From an uncultured Eubacteriales bacterium (GTDB taxonomy: Bacteria; Bacillota; Clostridia; TANB77; UBA1234): a DNA stretch of 64,000 nt. The stretch spans positions 167,195 through 231,194 of the forward strand of contig CAYMVI010000001.1 of the NCBI GenBank assembly GCA_964394075.1. The letters run 5' to 3'. The position numbers were made by a program, and so were the translations under genes. A model generated the notes under the pieces. That model did no database searches. It was given only the letters and a program-made list of their open reading frames with translations, and had not been told where the DNA came from. This document shows, one piece after another, positions 30,965 through 40,977 of this stretch (the first letter of the stretch is position 1; the number at the start of each line of letters is the position of its first letter).

Positions 30965-31711
30965 ATGAAAATGCGTAAAAAGAAAATTGCGTTATTATTT
31001 TGGTTTATAGTTCTTGCAACAGCAATAGGTGTTGGAGCTAAACTATTAGATGGTACAGAAAAGAAAATTTATAGTAGAGCAAAAGTTAATGAATATGGAT
31101 TTTCGATTTCATACCCATTATCTTATGAAACAATAGAGGAAGAAGTAACGACAACTGAGAAAATTTCTCAAACAATTACGTCTTCGTTAACTGAAACTTC
31201 AAAAAATGAAAATTTAGCATTGAAACTTGTTGAGCAAGTTATTCATGCAAAGAGTTCAGATTCAGGATTAACTCTTTTGATAGAAGCTATAAAGAAAGAA
31301 AAAACAACTAAATCATTAGAAGAAATATCTAAAAATTACATAACAATGTTTAGGATTTTTAATGAAAATTTAGAGATTCTTGAATCTAACATTGAAGAGG
31401 TTGAAGTTGGTGGGGTGCCCGCTGCCAAAGTGTACATATATGCTGTGACAACAGATATAACAAAAACAGCTGCAATGACTGCGTTTTTAATTCCTATGGA
31501 TGATAGAGAAATAACAATTGCTTTTTCTGGTACAAAAAATTTAATTGCTAACAGCGAAAAAGAAATTGAGAAAATAATTAAAAGCGTTAAATTTTATGAT
31601 TTACCTTTAGAATCAGAAAATCTATCAGGTGAGGTTTTAGAAGACAAAGTTAATGTAAATGAAATTATCGAAAATATAAATGAGGAAAGTGGAAATGTAA
31701 GTGGAGATTAA
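30965..31711 (+). CDS. hypothetical secreted/lipoprotein-like protein
   Basis: Signal peptide present. No family was recognised. Confidence 0.4.
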   Translation: MKMRKKKIALLFWFIVLATAIGVGAKLLDGTEKKIYSRAKVNEYGFSISYPLSYETIEEEVTTTEKISQTITSSLTETSKNENLALKLVEQVIHAKSSDSGLTLLIEAIKKEKTTKSLEEISKNYITMFRIFNENLEILESNIEEVEVGGVPAAKVYIYAVTTDITKTAAMTAFLIPMDDREITIAFSGTKNLIANSEKEIEKIIKSVKFYDLPLESENLSGEVLEDKVNVNEIIENINEESGNVSGD

Positions 31712-31725
31712 ATCTCCACTTTTTA

Positions 31726-31770
31726 TTTTGCGAAAGTGAACATAATTTTCGAAATGCGTTCTAAGAAAAA
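31726..31770 (+). terminator. rho-independent terminator
   Basis: CGTTCTAA ... TTAGAACG followed by T7. Confidence 0.5.
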
Positions 31771-32158
31771 TTATTTTTAGAACGTATTTTTTTATTCGAA
31801 AATGATTAAGTAAAGTATGATTAACATACAATATTCACATAAGAAAATTATCTGTTAACGGTTTTAAACATAATAACTTACGTGTCTTGCAAATGCTTGA
31901 AAAATACTGAAAGAGAACATAAAACATTACTTTAATTTTATCTAAAAATTTTGCATGTTCTCCTTGCAAAAAAAAATAAGTATGGTTAGAATATAAATTG
32001 AAAGTTTTTGAAGGGCATTTTAAAAATGTCTTTGTAAATTTTAGGTAATATCTTGACATAATGTAGTAAGAATATTATCTCGGAACTCTATACTAATGAA
32101 AAAATTAACGATTACAAAAGATGAACACAGATAGAAGAACGAAGGGGGTAATATAAAA

Positions 32159-34357
32159 ATGAACGTAATAAAATTAAAAAGAGAAAACAACACATTAGAT
32201 ATAGCCCTAATGGTTGAATCAGCAACAAAAACTGAAAGACAAGAGTATGATGAGTCAGCAATAGTTGATTCACTAGTTAAAGAAACAGGTTGTGATAAAG
32301 CTTTAGCTAAAGAAATCGCCGGCATAGTTACAGAAAGATTAATGAAAGCTCAACTTTCAGAAGTTAGTACATCTTTAATTAGATCAATGGTTAATAACGT
32401 TTTATTGGAGAAGGGGTTAAACAAAGAATTGAAAAATAATTCTGAAGCATCAATTCCTTTCTATAATATTACTGAGATTATAACAAATGCTAACAAAGAA
32501 AACGGAAATACAGCTCATAACCCAGAGTCAATTAACTTGACACTTGCTGAAAGAATATTAAAAGAATACGCATTAAAGAATGTATTTGATTCTGATATTT
32601 CTGCAGCACACTTATCTGGTGAGCTTCACATACACGACTTAGGTATGATTGACAGATTTTATTGTTCTGGACACTCTCCTGAGTATGTAAAGAAAAATGG
32701 TATTAGAAATATTCCTACAATACCATCTAACTCAAAACCAGCAAACAGCGCTGCAGTACTTGCAAGACATATTTGTTCTTTCACACAATTCTTGCAAGGA
32801 CAATTTGCAGGTGCTATTGGATGGGAAGCAATCAACATATTTTTTGCTCCATTAATTGCTGGAATGCCTTATAAAGAAATTAAGCAATTAGCTCAAACTT
32901 TAATATTTGACTTATCACAACTTGCAGGCGCAAGAGGTGGACAAGTTGCATTCTCAGACTTTAATGTATACGTTTCAGTACCTCATCACTATCGCGAAGT
33001 ATTCGCAATGGGACCTAGAGGAAAATACATGGTTACTGATGAATTAGACGGAATCAAATATTTTGATACACAAGATGAAGCTAGAGCTTATTCAGAAGAA
33101 ACAGGTTATAGAATTTTAAAATATAAAGATTACGAAAAAGAATCTATGCTATTTGCAAAAGCTCTTCTTGAAGTTGTTGGAGAAGGAGATGCTGATGGAA
33201 TGCCATTTGCTTTCCCTAAGATAAATCTTCACATCAACGAAGAATCTTTCACAGATCCAAAAGCTAGAGCAGTATTAATGGTTGCTTGTGAATCTTCAAG
33301 TAAGAACGGATGTCCATACTTTATATTTGATAGAAATGCATTTTCAGTTTCACAATGCTGCAGATTGAAAATTGATTTCTCAGAAGAAGATAAGAAACTT
33401 ATTGATACACCAGAAGAATTAAGATTCGTTGGTGGACAAAACGTTTCAATTAATATGCCAAACATTCCATTAAAAGTTGGTAAAAACAAAGAAGCTTTTT
33501 ACAAAGAACTTGAACTAAGAATGGAAATGGCTGCAAGAGCAAACTTACAAAGACAAAACTTTGTTTGGAAACTTGCTAGCTTAGAAAATTCTCCAGTAAG
33601 CTTCTATACAAATGGTATGGATGGAAAAGCATACATTAGATTAAAGAACATTTCATATTTAATAGGTATCGTTGGACTTAATGAATGTGTTTACAACTTA
33701 ATCGGCGAACAACTTCATGAATCAGATGAAGCGTTCATGTTGGGATTAGAAATCGTTTCATTTATGTATCAACAAACAAAGACATTATCTAAGAAATATG
33801 GAATTAACCTAAAGTTAGAAGAAACTCCTGCTGAAAGTACAGCTGGTAGATTTGCTAAATTAGATATTAAGAAATATGGTGAAGCTGCATATCACAAAGA
33901 GAATCAATTCGGAGTTTACTATACAAACTCAATTCACTTTGCTGCAGATAGCGATGTTGATTATATAACAAGATTACAAAAACAATCTAAATTCCATACA
34001 TTAGTTGAAGCTGGTAGTATGATTCACATTTGGTCTGGAAACAATGTTCCAAGTCCAAAAGCAATCTACAAACTACTTGAAACAACATGGTACAAAACAA
34101 AATGCGTACAATGGGTATTATCTCCTGAGTATACATTATGCCATGAATGTGGAACAAAAAGTAACGGTTTATTAGAACAATGTCCAAAATGCGGAAGCAT
34201 CGACATTAGAGGCGTTACAAGGATCACAGGTTACTACGTATTTATTGATAAATTCAATAGTGGTAAACGTGCTGAGCTTGCTGATAGATTAAGAGAAAAT
34301 ATTGATAGAGAGCAAGTTATAAAAGCACAAGATGAAATTGAAAAAACAGCTAACTAA
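32159..34357 (+). CDS. nrdD: anaerobic ribonucleoside-triphosphate reductase (class III)
   Basis: 732 aa with a C-terminal CHECG...CPKCG zinc ribbon followed by the glycyl-radical motif RITGYY. Confidence 0.9.
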   Translation: MNVIKLKRENNTLDIALMVESATKTERQEYDESAIVDSLVKETGCDKALAKEIAGIVTERLMKAQLSEVSTSLIRSMVNNVLLEKGLNKELKNNSEASIPFYNITEIITNANKENGNTAHNPESINLTLAERILKEYALKNVFDSDISAAHLSGELHIHDLGMIDRFYCSGHSPEYVKKNGIRNIPTIPSNSKPANSAAVLARHICSFTQFLQGQFAGAIGWEAINIFFAPLIAGMPYKEIKQLAQTLIFDLSQLAGARGGQVAFSDFNVYVSVPHHYREVFAMGPRGKYMVTDELDGIKYFDTQDEARAYSEETGYRILKYKDYEKESMLFAKALLEVVGEGDADGMPFAFPKINLHINEESFTDPKARAVLMVACESSSKNGCPYFIFDRNAFSVSQCCRLKIDFSEEDKKLIDTPEELRFVGGQNVSINMPNIPLKVGKNKEAFYKELELRMEMAARANLQRQNFVWKLASLENSPVSFYTNGMDGKAYIRLKNISYLIGIVGLNECVYNLIGEQLHESDEAFMLGLEIVSFMYQQTKTLSKKYGINLKLEETPAESTAGRFAKLDIKKYGEAAYHKENQFGVYYTNSIHFAADSDVDYITRLQKQSKFHTLVEAGSMIHIWSGNNVPSPKAIYKLLETTWYKTKCVQWVLSPEYTLCHECGTKSNGLLEQCPKCGSIDIRGVTRITGYYVFIDKFNSGKRAELADRLRENIDREQVIKAQDEIEKTAN

Positions 34358-34378
34358 TATTTAAGGGGGATTTTAGAA

Positions 34379-34600
34379 ATGGTAAAAGCATATACAATGA
34401 CAAATTGTCCTATGTGTGAGGAACTAAAAGCTTATATGAAAAACAGTCATATAGCATACGAAGAAGCAAACGTAGATACAGATCCAGGAGCTAGAGCAAA
34501 AATGGTATTTAATGATATTGAACAAATGCCAGCTGTAGAAGTTAATGGAAAACTTTATTCAGGGGATGTAGATGAACTAAAGAATATCGTAATGATGTAA
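34379..34600 (+). CDS. glutaredoxin/NrdH-like small redoxin
   Basis: 73 aa with a CPMC active site. Confidence 0.6.
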   Translation: MVKAYTMTNCPMCEELKAYMKNSHIAYEEANVDTDPGARAKMVFNDIEQMPAVEVNGKLYSGDVDELKNIVMM

Positions 34601-34624
34601 TTAGTTACATTAATAAAAGATGGT

Positions 34625-34660
34625 TAGTTAAAAGCGAGCATCAACTGCTCGCTTTTTTTA
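34625..34660 (+). terminator. rho-independent terminator
   Basis: AAAGCGAGCA..TGCTCGCTTT followed by T7. Confidence 0.6.
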
Positions 34661-34718
34661 ACGAATGAGGAAAAAGCTAAAAAGTATATGTTATATAGAG
34701 CAGAATTAGGAGGAACAA

Positions 34719-35384
34719 ATGATTAAATCTGTAATTTGGTCAAGTATGATAGATTATCCTGATAATGTTTGTACAACATTATTTACTGGAGTTTGCAACT
34801 TTGACTGTGAGTTTTGTTACAACAAGGGTTTGCTAAAAGAAAAAGAATTAAGTTTTGAAGAAGAAATATTACCAAAATTACTAGATAGAAAAGATTTTAT
34901 TGATCACGTTATTATATCTGGGGGGGAATGTACAATTCATCCTGATTTTGAAAGAATAGTAAATGTGTTATATGAAAATGGTTTTAAAATTGGAATTCAT
35001 ACAAATGGATATACTCCAGAAATCTTAGAAAAGATTATTGGTAAAATAGATTATGTAGGAATGGATATAAAAAATGACTTTGATAATTATGATAAAATAA
35101 CAGCAACTAAAGTTGATGTTAATAAAATTAAAAAGTCAGTTGGATTAATTTTAGATAGTGGAATTAACTATGAATTTAGAACTACAGTTTATCCTAAATA
35201 TTTAAACACGGAAAATGTAGTTAATATAGCAAAATATTTAAAAGATGTAGGTTGTAAAAAATTTGTTTTACAAAACTATTTCGATCACAACAAAACTGTG
35301 ATACCATATTCATCAGAGAAGATGAAGGAAATAAAAGCGGAATGCGATGAATATTTACCAACAACTTTAAGAGGTATAATATAA
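34719..35384 (+). CDS. nrdG: anaerobic RNR activating radical-SAM protein
   Basis: CNFDCEFC radical-SAM motif in a protein of about 220 aa. Confidence 0.75.
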   Translation: MIKSVIWSSMIDYPDNVCTTLFTGVCNFDCEFCYNKGLLKEKELSFEEEILPKLLDRKDFIDHVIISGGECTIHPDFERIVNVLYENGFKIGIHTNGYTPEILEKIIGKIDYVGMDIKNDFDNYDKITATKVDVNKIKKSVGLILDSGINYEFRTTVYPKYLNTENVVNIAKYLKDVGCKKFVLQNYFDHNKTVIPYSSEKMKEIKAECDEYLPTTLRGII

Positions 35385-35391
35385 GAGAGGA

Positions 35392-35613
35392 TTGATAAAT
35401 ATGACAAACGAAATTATCGAAAAAGGATTACAAATAAATCCAGCAATGAAACTTAATGAAGATGAAGAACACGTAAAAAGAATTTTAGTTGGAATTGAAA
35501 AAAAAGATGGACATTGCCCTTGCGTAATCACAGTAAATGATGATACAATATGTCCATGCAAGAAAATGAGAGAAGAAAGCAAATGTTGCTGTAAATTGTA
35601 CATAAACAAATAA
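35392..35613 (+). CDS. ferredoxin-thioredoxin reductase catalytic-subunit-like protein (CPC..CPC..CCC)
   Basis: It contains HCPCVITVNDDTICPCKKMREESKCCCKLY, a spacing typical of FTR-B. Confidence 0.45.
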   Translation: MINMTNEIIEKGLQINPAMKLNEDEEHVKRILVGIEKKDGHCPCVITVNDDTICPCKKMREESKCCCKLYINK

Positions 35614-35804
35614 TAAAAAGTGGAATTTGTGGATGTTTTAAACATGGTGTCAAGGCTTGATAAATGGCCTTTTACAAGCCTTGACACCGGTTTTTAAAAG
35701 GCCCCCAAAACGACTTAATCAAGTGAGAAAAATTAATTAAAAAAAGACCATTTTTTTGTTGACAATGAGGTGAAACTCTATTATACTATCATTTGTCAGC
35801 TGAT

Positions 35805-35881
35805 GGATCTTTAGCTCAGTTGGTTAGAGCAACCGGCTCATAACCGGTCGGTCCGGGGTTCGAGTCCCTGAAGATCCACCA
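35805..35881 (+). tRNA. tRNA with anticodon CAU, most likely tRNA-Ile2 (lysidine) rather than Met
   Basis: It forms a cloverleaf with acceptor GGATCTT/AAGATCC, anticodon loop CTCATAA and an encoded CCA. It is near-identical in form to Bacillus tRNA-Ile(LAU). Confidence 0.8.
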
Positions 35882-35901
35882 ATGATTTAATAGATAATAA
35901 T

Positions 35902-35986
35902 GGGTAGATGGCCGAGTGGCTAAAGGCGGCAGACTGTAAATCTGTTCTCATCGAGTACGGTGGTTCGAATCCACCTCTGCCCACCA
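35902..35986 (+). tRNA. tRNA-Tyr (GUA)
   Basis: Anticodon loop CTGTAAA, long variable arm, encoded CCA. Confidence 0.85.
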
Positions 35987-36103
35987 ATGAAAGTGTACTT
36001 ACAATATATTGTTAGTACACTTTTATTTTTTATATATAAAAGCATACGAAGTTTATAATCATTAAATAGCTTTGTTATTTTTATACAGGAAGGTGAATAG
36101 CCA

Positions 36104-36904
36104 TTGAAAAAACTAGATGTTAAAATAATGTTTATTGATATTGATGGAACATTAACTAATAAAGAAAAAGAAATTACAAATTATACCAAAAATGTATTAA
36201 AGAAGGCTACAGATAATGGAATATATGCTATTGTTTGTTCTGGAAGGCCCAATATATACACAGTAGAAAAAAGTCAACTATCTAATTCTAGTAATATTGT
36301 AATTTCGGATAATGGTGCATTAATTTATGATTATATAAATAATAAAAAAATATATGAAAAGCCAATAGGAAAAGAAACGTTAAAAAAAGTTTTTGACTTT
36401 GCCATAGAAAACAATGTAGGTTGTGCATTTAATTCAGTTTCTAAAAGATACAAAACTCAAAATTGTGATAAAAAGGCAATTATAATCAATTCGATTGATG
36501 AAATAGAAGAAAATGTAACACAGATTGTTTTGGATACGAAAGTATATGAACAAATAGATTTTGTAAAAAATTGGATAGAAGAAAGTGGTTTGTTGGAAAT
36601 TTGTAATTGTTCTAGTAGTGTGTTAACAAGAAAACGTGATGCAGATGAATACGAATTCGATGTCACTCTAAAAGGGGTCAATAAAGGAAAAGCTATGCAA
36701 AAAATAATGAATTATTTGAATATTGATAAGAGTAATTCAATTTGTTTCGGTGATCATATTAATGATTATCCGATGTTTGAAGCCGCTAATTATAAGGTAG
36801 CAATGCAAAATGGAATGAAAGAGCTAAAAGAAAGAGCAGACTTTATTGCCTTAAACAATTATGAAGACGGATTAGCAATATTCATTGAAGAGTACATACT
36901 ATAA
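36104..36904 (+). CDS. Cof-type HAD-IIB hydrolase
   Basis: FIDIDGTL motif in a 266-aa protein. Confidence 0.7.
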   Translation: MKKLDVKIMFIDIDGTLTNKEKEITNYTKNVLKKATDNGIYAIVCSGRPNIYTVEKSQLSNSSNIVISDNGALIYDYINNKKIYEKPIGKETLKKVFDFAIENNVGCAFNSVSKRYKTQNCDKKAIIINSIDEIEENVTQIVLDTKVYEQIDFVKNWIEESGLLEICNCSSSVLTRKRDADEYEFDVTLKGVNKGKAMQKIMNYLNIDKSNSICFGDHINDYPMFEAANYKVAMQNGMKELKERADFIALNNYEDGLAIFIEEYIL

Positions 36905-37007
36905 AAGAATTGAGAAAATACTTCTTTTATCAAGTCTTGCTAATTTACATAAAACATGATATTATACTCACGAAAATAAGAAATATTCGATTAGGAGATG
37001 TATTATC

Positions 37008-37829
37008 ATGAAGAACACAATTGCTTCGTTCAGGTTGGTTGTTCGGCCTGATGCAAAGAGTCAACAAATAGCAGACGATATACGCAAATTAAACTCCAAG
37101 ATGTCCAATCCGCTTGTCGAATCTGATGACGGGGATTTGGTCATTGCTATCGGAGGCGACGGCACATTCATTCACGCGGTCACAGATACGGGATTTTCCA
37201 AAGAAAAAGTTTACACCGGAATTCATACCGGCACGTTGGGATTTATGCAGGATTTGTCCGCAAATGACATCTTAACGTTGATCCGGTACATCAAACATGA
37301 GGGCGAGTTGCAGACTCGCAAAGTTTATGTCTCTGACATTAAGATTACACTCAGAGATGGCACAGTCAAGCAGTATTATTCGCTCAATGAGATCCTTGTT
37401 GTAGGACGTAATTATTCCAGAATTTCCTTCAGTGAATATATCAACGGCGACCTGCTCCAGAAGATTTCTGGTAACGGCATAAACATAGCCGGCAGCGCCG
37501 GTGATACCGCATATTCTCTCAACGCAAAAGGTGCCATTGACTTTAGCCGAAACTTTCAGCTGATGTGTACCTTAGAAACGCCGATGATTTATGCAATTCA
37601 CGAGAGGTTTGTGGATAATCCGATTATCTGCTCGCAGATAAAGATTGTTTTGGAACCTTCCGAGAATATCCAAATTATCATCGATGGACGCGAAAAAGAG
37701 ATTGATTCTACGCTGATTGAAAGCGTTGAAGTTTCCATGGTTGATCCTGGCAAGTATATTAACAAATTGGACCTGACTAACTATTCTAAAGTTAGAGTTT
37801 TTCGTAGAAAGATTTTAGGCTACGAATGA
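37008..37829 (+). CDS. nadK: NAD+ kinase
   Basis: GGDGT and GSAGDTAYSLNAKG motifs. GC is about 46%, elevated. Confidence 0.75.
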   Translation: MKNTIASFRLVVRPDAKSQQIADDIRKLNSKMSNPLVESDDGDLVIAIGGDGTFIHAVTDTGFSKEKVYTGIHTGTLGFMQDLSANDILTLIRYIKHEGELQTRKVYVSDIKITLRDGTVKQYYSLNEILVVGRNYSRISFSEYINGDLLQKISGNGINIAGSAGDTAYSLNAKGAIDFSRNFQLMCTLETPMIYAIHERFVDNPIICSQIKIVLEPSENIQIIIDGREKEIDSTLIESVEVSMVDPGKYINKLDLTNYSKVRVFRRKILGYE

Positions 37830-37837
37830 CAAATAAT

Positions 37838-37871
37838 GACAAAAGCGGTGCCGAAAGGTGCCGCTTTTTTA
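37838..37871 (+). terminator. rho-independent terminator
   Basis: AAAGCGGTGCC..GGTGCCGCTTTTTT. Confidence 0.6.
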
Positions 37872-38003
37872 CTTGGAAAGAAATGTAAAGAACATAAAAT
37901 ATATTAAATTTTGAACAAATTTTTGTTGCCGGAATGAAGGTAATTTGGGATAATATATATGTCAAAAAGGAACTTTAAATATGTTCTTAGATGAGGTGAA
38001 TGT

Positions 38004-38573
38004 ATGAATAAAACAAAAAGAAGAATTTTTAATACAGCTATTAAGGTGTTTTCTGAAAAGGGATACGACAATGCGAGTGTTGAAGAAATTACCGCGATAG
38101 CAGGAGTAGCAAAAGGATCTTTATATTATCATTTTTCAAAGAAAGAAGATATATTCGATTTACTTTTAAAAGAAGGGTTTGATTTACTTCAAAATAATAT
38201 AGAAATAAAAACAAAAAATGCGACTACAGCATTAGAAAAAATAAAAGCAGTTATATTAATTCAAATAAAAGTAATTGTAAAATATGAAGATTTAATAAAT
38301 GTAATTTTGTCACAATTTTGGGGTTCTGATTCGCGTAATATGAAATGCCAAAATGCGGTGTTTGAATATATAAAAATGATTGAAGATATCATACAAGAAG
38401 GTGTAGACAACGGCGAATTTTATGATGGTAATGTTGAGGCTATAGCTTCAGGTATTTTTGGAGTAACTTGTTCTAGTTTAATTTATAGATTGAAAAAGAA
38501 CAAAGAAGTTGATGTTCAAAGAGTATATGAAGGGTTTATTGATACAGTAGTGAGAGGACTTATCAAAAAATAG
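38004..38573 (+). CDS. TetR/AcrR family transcriptional regulator
   Basis: N-terminal HTH (EEITAIAGVAKGSLYYHF). Confidence 0.8.
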   Translation: MNKTKRRIFNTAIKVFSEKGYDNASVEEITAIAGVAKGSLYYHFSKKEDIFDLLLKEGFDLLQNNIEIKTKNATTALEKIKAVILIQIKVIVKYEDLINVILSQFWGSDSRNMKCQNAVFEYIKMIEDIIQEGVDNGEFYDGNVEAIASGIFGVTCSSLIYRLKKNKEVDVQRVYEGFIDTVVRGLIKK

Positions 38574-38669
38574 AAATATTTTTGATAAGTTATAAGGTTC
38601 TGATTTTTGAACTGACCTCTCAGTCTAAAGACTTTTTCGAACTTTTATTATATTCTTTAGAAGGAGATT

Positions 38670-40418
38670 TTGATGAGCTTAGATAATTTAACGAGGAGAA
38701 AATTAATGAATATAAAGCAACATGAACGCTTAGAAATAACAAATTTAAAGGATATGTTATTTCAAATAGAAAAAGCGTATGCTCAAAACTTAGCTTATAA
38801 GGTGAAATTAGAAGCTGGAAAATATAAAGAATACACATATACGGAAGTAAAAAACATTGTGGAAGCTTTAGGAACGGCTTTAATTGATTTAGGCCTTAAA
38901 GATAAGAGAATAGGCATAATTGGAGAAAACAGATTCGAATGGGAAATATCGTATTTATCTGTAGTTTGTGGAACAGGACTTGTGGTACCACTAGACAAAT
39001 CTCTTCCAGAAAATGAATTGGCAGATTTGATAGAACGTTCCGAGATAGAAGCAATCATTTGCACAAAGAAACAAGAAGATGCAATTGATAAAATCTATAA
39101 AAATGGAAACACAAAATTAAAATATGTGATTTCTATGGAAAGAACTTCTAACAAAGATGGATTTTTATATTTTGAAGAATTGATAAAAGAAGGTACAACA
39201 CTAGTTGCTAATGGTGATGTTAGATTTAGAGAAGCTGAAGTTGATTCTGAAAAAATGGGAATTATGCTATTCACATCTGGAACCACTTCGCAATCAAAAG
39301 TAGTGAGTTTATCTCACAAAAATATTTGCTCGAATTTAATATCGTTAGGAAAAGCTGTTGACGTAGACTGTGATGATGTGTTTCTTTCAATATTGCCTTT
39401 GCATCATGTGTTTGAGTGTACAGTAGGATTTTTATTCGCTTTGTACTGTGGAGCACAAATTGTTTTTAGTGAAGGAATAAGACATATTCTAGAAAACTTA
39501 CAAGAATATTCGCCATCTGTTATGGCTTGTGTTCCTGGTGTATACGAAAGAATATTTTTAGCATTACACAAAAAATCTGAAAAACTAGGAATGCTAGAAG
39601 AATTTTTAAGAAAAGAAGAATTAGCTGCAAACCTATCTATGCCTGAAAGAAAAGAAATGTTTAAAGAACTTCATGATTTATTTGGTAGCAATATAAAACT
39701 ATTTATAAGCGGCGCTGCTAAATTAGATGTGAAGATTGAAGAAGGTTATAGAGCTTTAGGATTCAACTTAATGCAAGCATATGGTTTAACAGAAACATCA
39801 CCAGTAGTAAGTATTTGTACAAATGAGTTTTACAGAACAGGTTCGGTTGGAAAAGCTGTACCTGATGTTGAAGCTAAAATCGATAATCCAGATGAAAATG
39901 GAATCGGTGAACTTGTTGTAAAAGGTCCTAATATAATGCTTGGCTATTATCAAAATGAAGAAGCAACCAATGAAGTTTTAAAAGATGGTTGGTTCTACAC
40001 GGGTGATTTAGCTAAGATAGATGATGATGGATATATATTTATTGCTGGAAGAAAGAAAAATGTTATCGTGTTAAAAAACGGTAAAAATGTTTTTCCTGAA
40101 GAAGCTGAATGCTTGATTAATAAGATTGAAGGGGTACGTGAATCATTAGTCTTTGGAAGAGAAAAATATTCTGACAAAGAAGAGGTTAAGATTTATGCAT
40201 TAATAGTAGTGGATCCTGCCAAGATGAAAACTTTGCACAATGCTACAACCGTTGAAGAAATGCATGATGTATTATTTGGTAAGATCAAAGAGCTTAACAA
40301 GACGATGCCAGCGTATAAATCAATCAAAGGAATTATCGTTTCAGATAAGGAATTAGTAAAAACAGCAACTAACAAAATAAAAAGGCAAGCTAGTTTAGAT
40401 GCGATTAAAGAATCTTAA
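38670..40418 (+). CDS. fadD: long-chain fatty acid-CoA ligase (AMP-binding)
   Basis: LFTSGTTSQSKVV AMP-binding motif and a GYGLTE-like segment. Confidence 0.75.
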   Translation: MMSLDNLTRRKLMNIKQHERLEITNLKDMLFQIEKAYAQNLAYKVKLEAGKYKEYTYTEVKNIVEALGTALIDLGLKDKRIGIIGENRFEWEISYLSVVCGTGLVVPLDKSLPENELADLIERSEIEAIICTKKQEDAIDKIYKNGNTKLKYVISMERTSNKDGFLYFEELIKEGTTLVANGDVRFREAEVDSEKMGIMLFTSGTTSQSKVVSLSHKNICSNLISLGKAVDVDCDDVFLSILPLHHVFECTVGFLFALYCGAQIVFSEGIRHILENLQEYSPSVMACVPGVYERIFLALHKKSEKLGMLEEFLRKEELAANLSMPERKEMFKELHDLFGSNIKLFISGAAKLDVKIEEGYRALGFNLMQAYGLTETSPVVSICTNEFYRTGSVGKAVPDVEAKIDNPDENGIGELVVKGPNIMLGYYQNEEATNEVLKDGWFYTGDLAKIDDDGYIFIAGRKKNVIVLKNGKNVFPEEAECLINKIEGVRESLVFGREKYSDKEEVKIYALIVVDPAKMKTLHNATTVEEMHDVLFGKIKELNKTMPAYKSIKGIIVSDKELVKTATNKIKRQASLDAIKES

Positions 40419-40977
40419 TACTAGTTTATTAGGTAAAAAAGTTATATTCTTACCTAAAGTTGATTCGACGCAAAATGAAATTTGGAGATTAATAGAGAAA
40501 AACAAGATAGCAAGTGGAACAATTGTGATGGCAGATATTCAAACTGCCGGGAAAGGTACCCACGGAAGGACTTGGTATACGGATGAAAGTGGTAATATTG
40601 CTTTTTCAATGTATATTAAAACCTCCTGTAATGTGGATGCTTTAGCAGGTGTTACACTTGCTATTAGCATGCAAATAATTTCTGTTCTGCAAGAAAAATA
40701 CGGTATACGTTTGGATATTAAAGAACCAAACGACATTATGATTAATAATAAAAAGGTTGGAGGAATCTTAACCGAAATAAAAACAATTGCCGATGAAGTT
40801 AAAGTGTTGGTGATTGGAATTGGAATAAATACTACAAAAATGAATTTTGATGGTGAACTAAAAAATATCGCAACATCAATAAAAAAAGAGTTTGATATTA
40901 CTGTAGCACCAGAAGAATTTATTTGTGAATTTTGTAATAGATTTGAAATTGAAATTAAGAAAAGGAGAATTTTCTAA
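40399..40977 (+). CDS. birA: biotin-[acetyl-CoA-carboxylase] ligase, group I (no DNA-binding domain)
   Basis: QTAGKGTHGRTW motif. It overlaps the fadD end by 20 nt. Confidence 0.75.
   Translation: MRLKNLNTSLLGKKVIFLPKVDSTQNEIWRLIEKNKIASGTIVMADIQTAGKGTHGRTWYTDESGNIAFSMYIKTSCNVDALAGVTLAISMQIISVLQEKYGIRLDIKEPNDIMINNKKVGGILTEIKTIADEVKVLVIGIGINTTKMNFDGELKNIATSIKKEFDITVAPEEFICEFCNRFEIEIKKRRIF

Noticed and set aside
31712-32158. NrdR box upstream of nrdD and small ORFs 31637/31835/32041 on the minus strand
   Set aside because: I found no convincing 16-bp NrdR palindrome. The minus-strand ORFs are AT-rich spurious frames without RBS.
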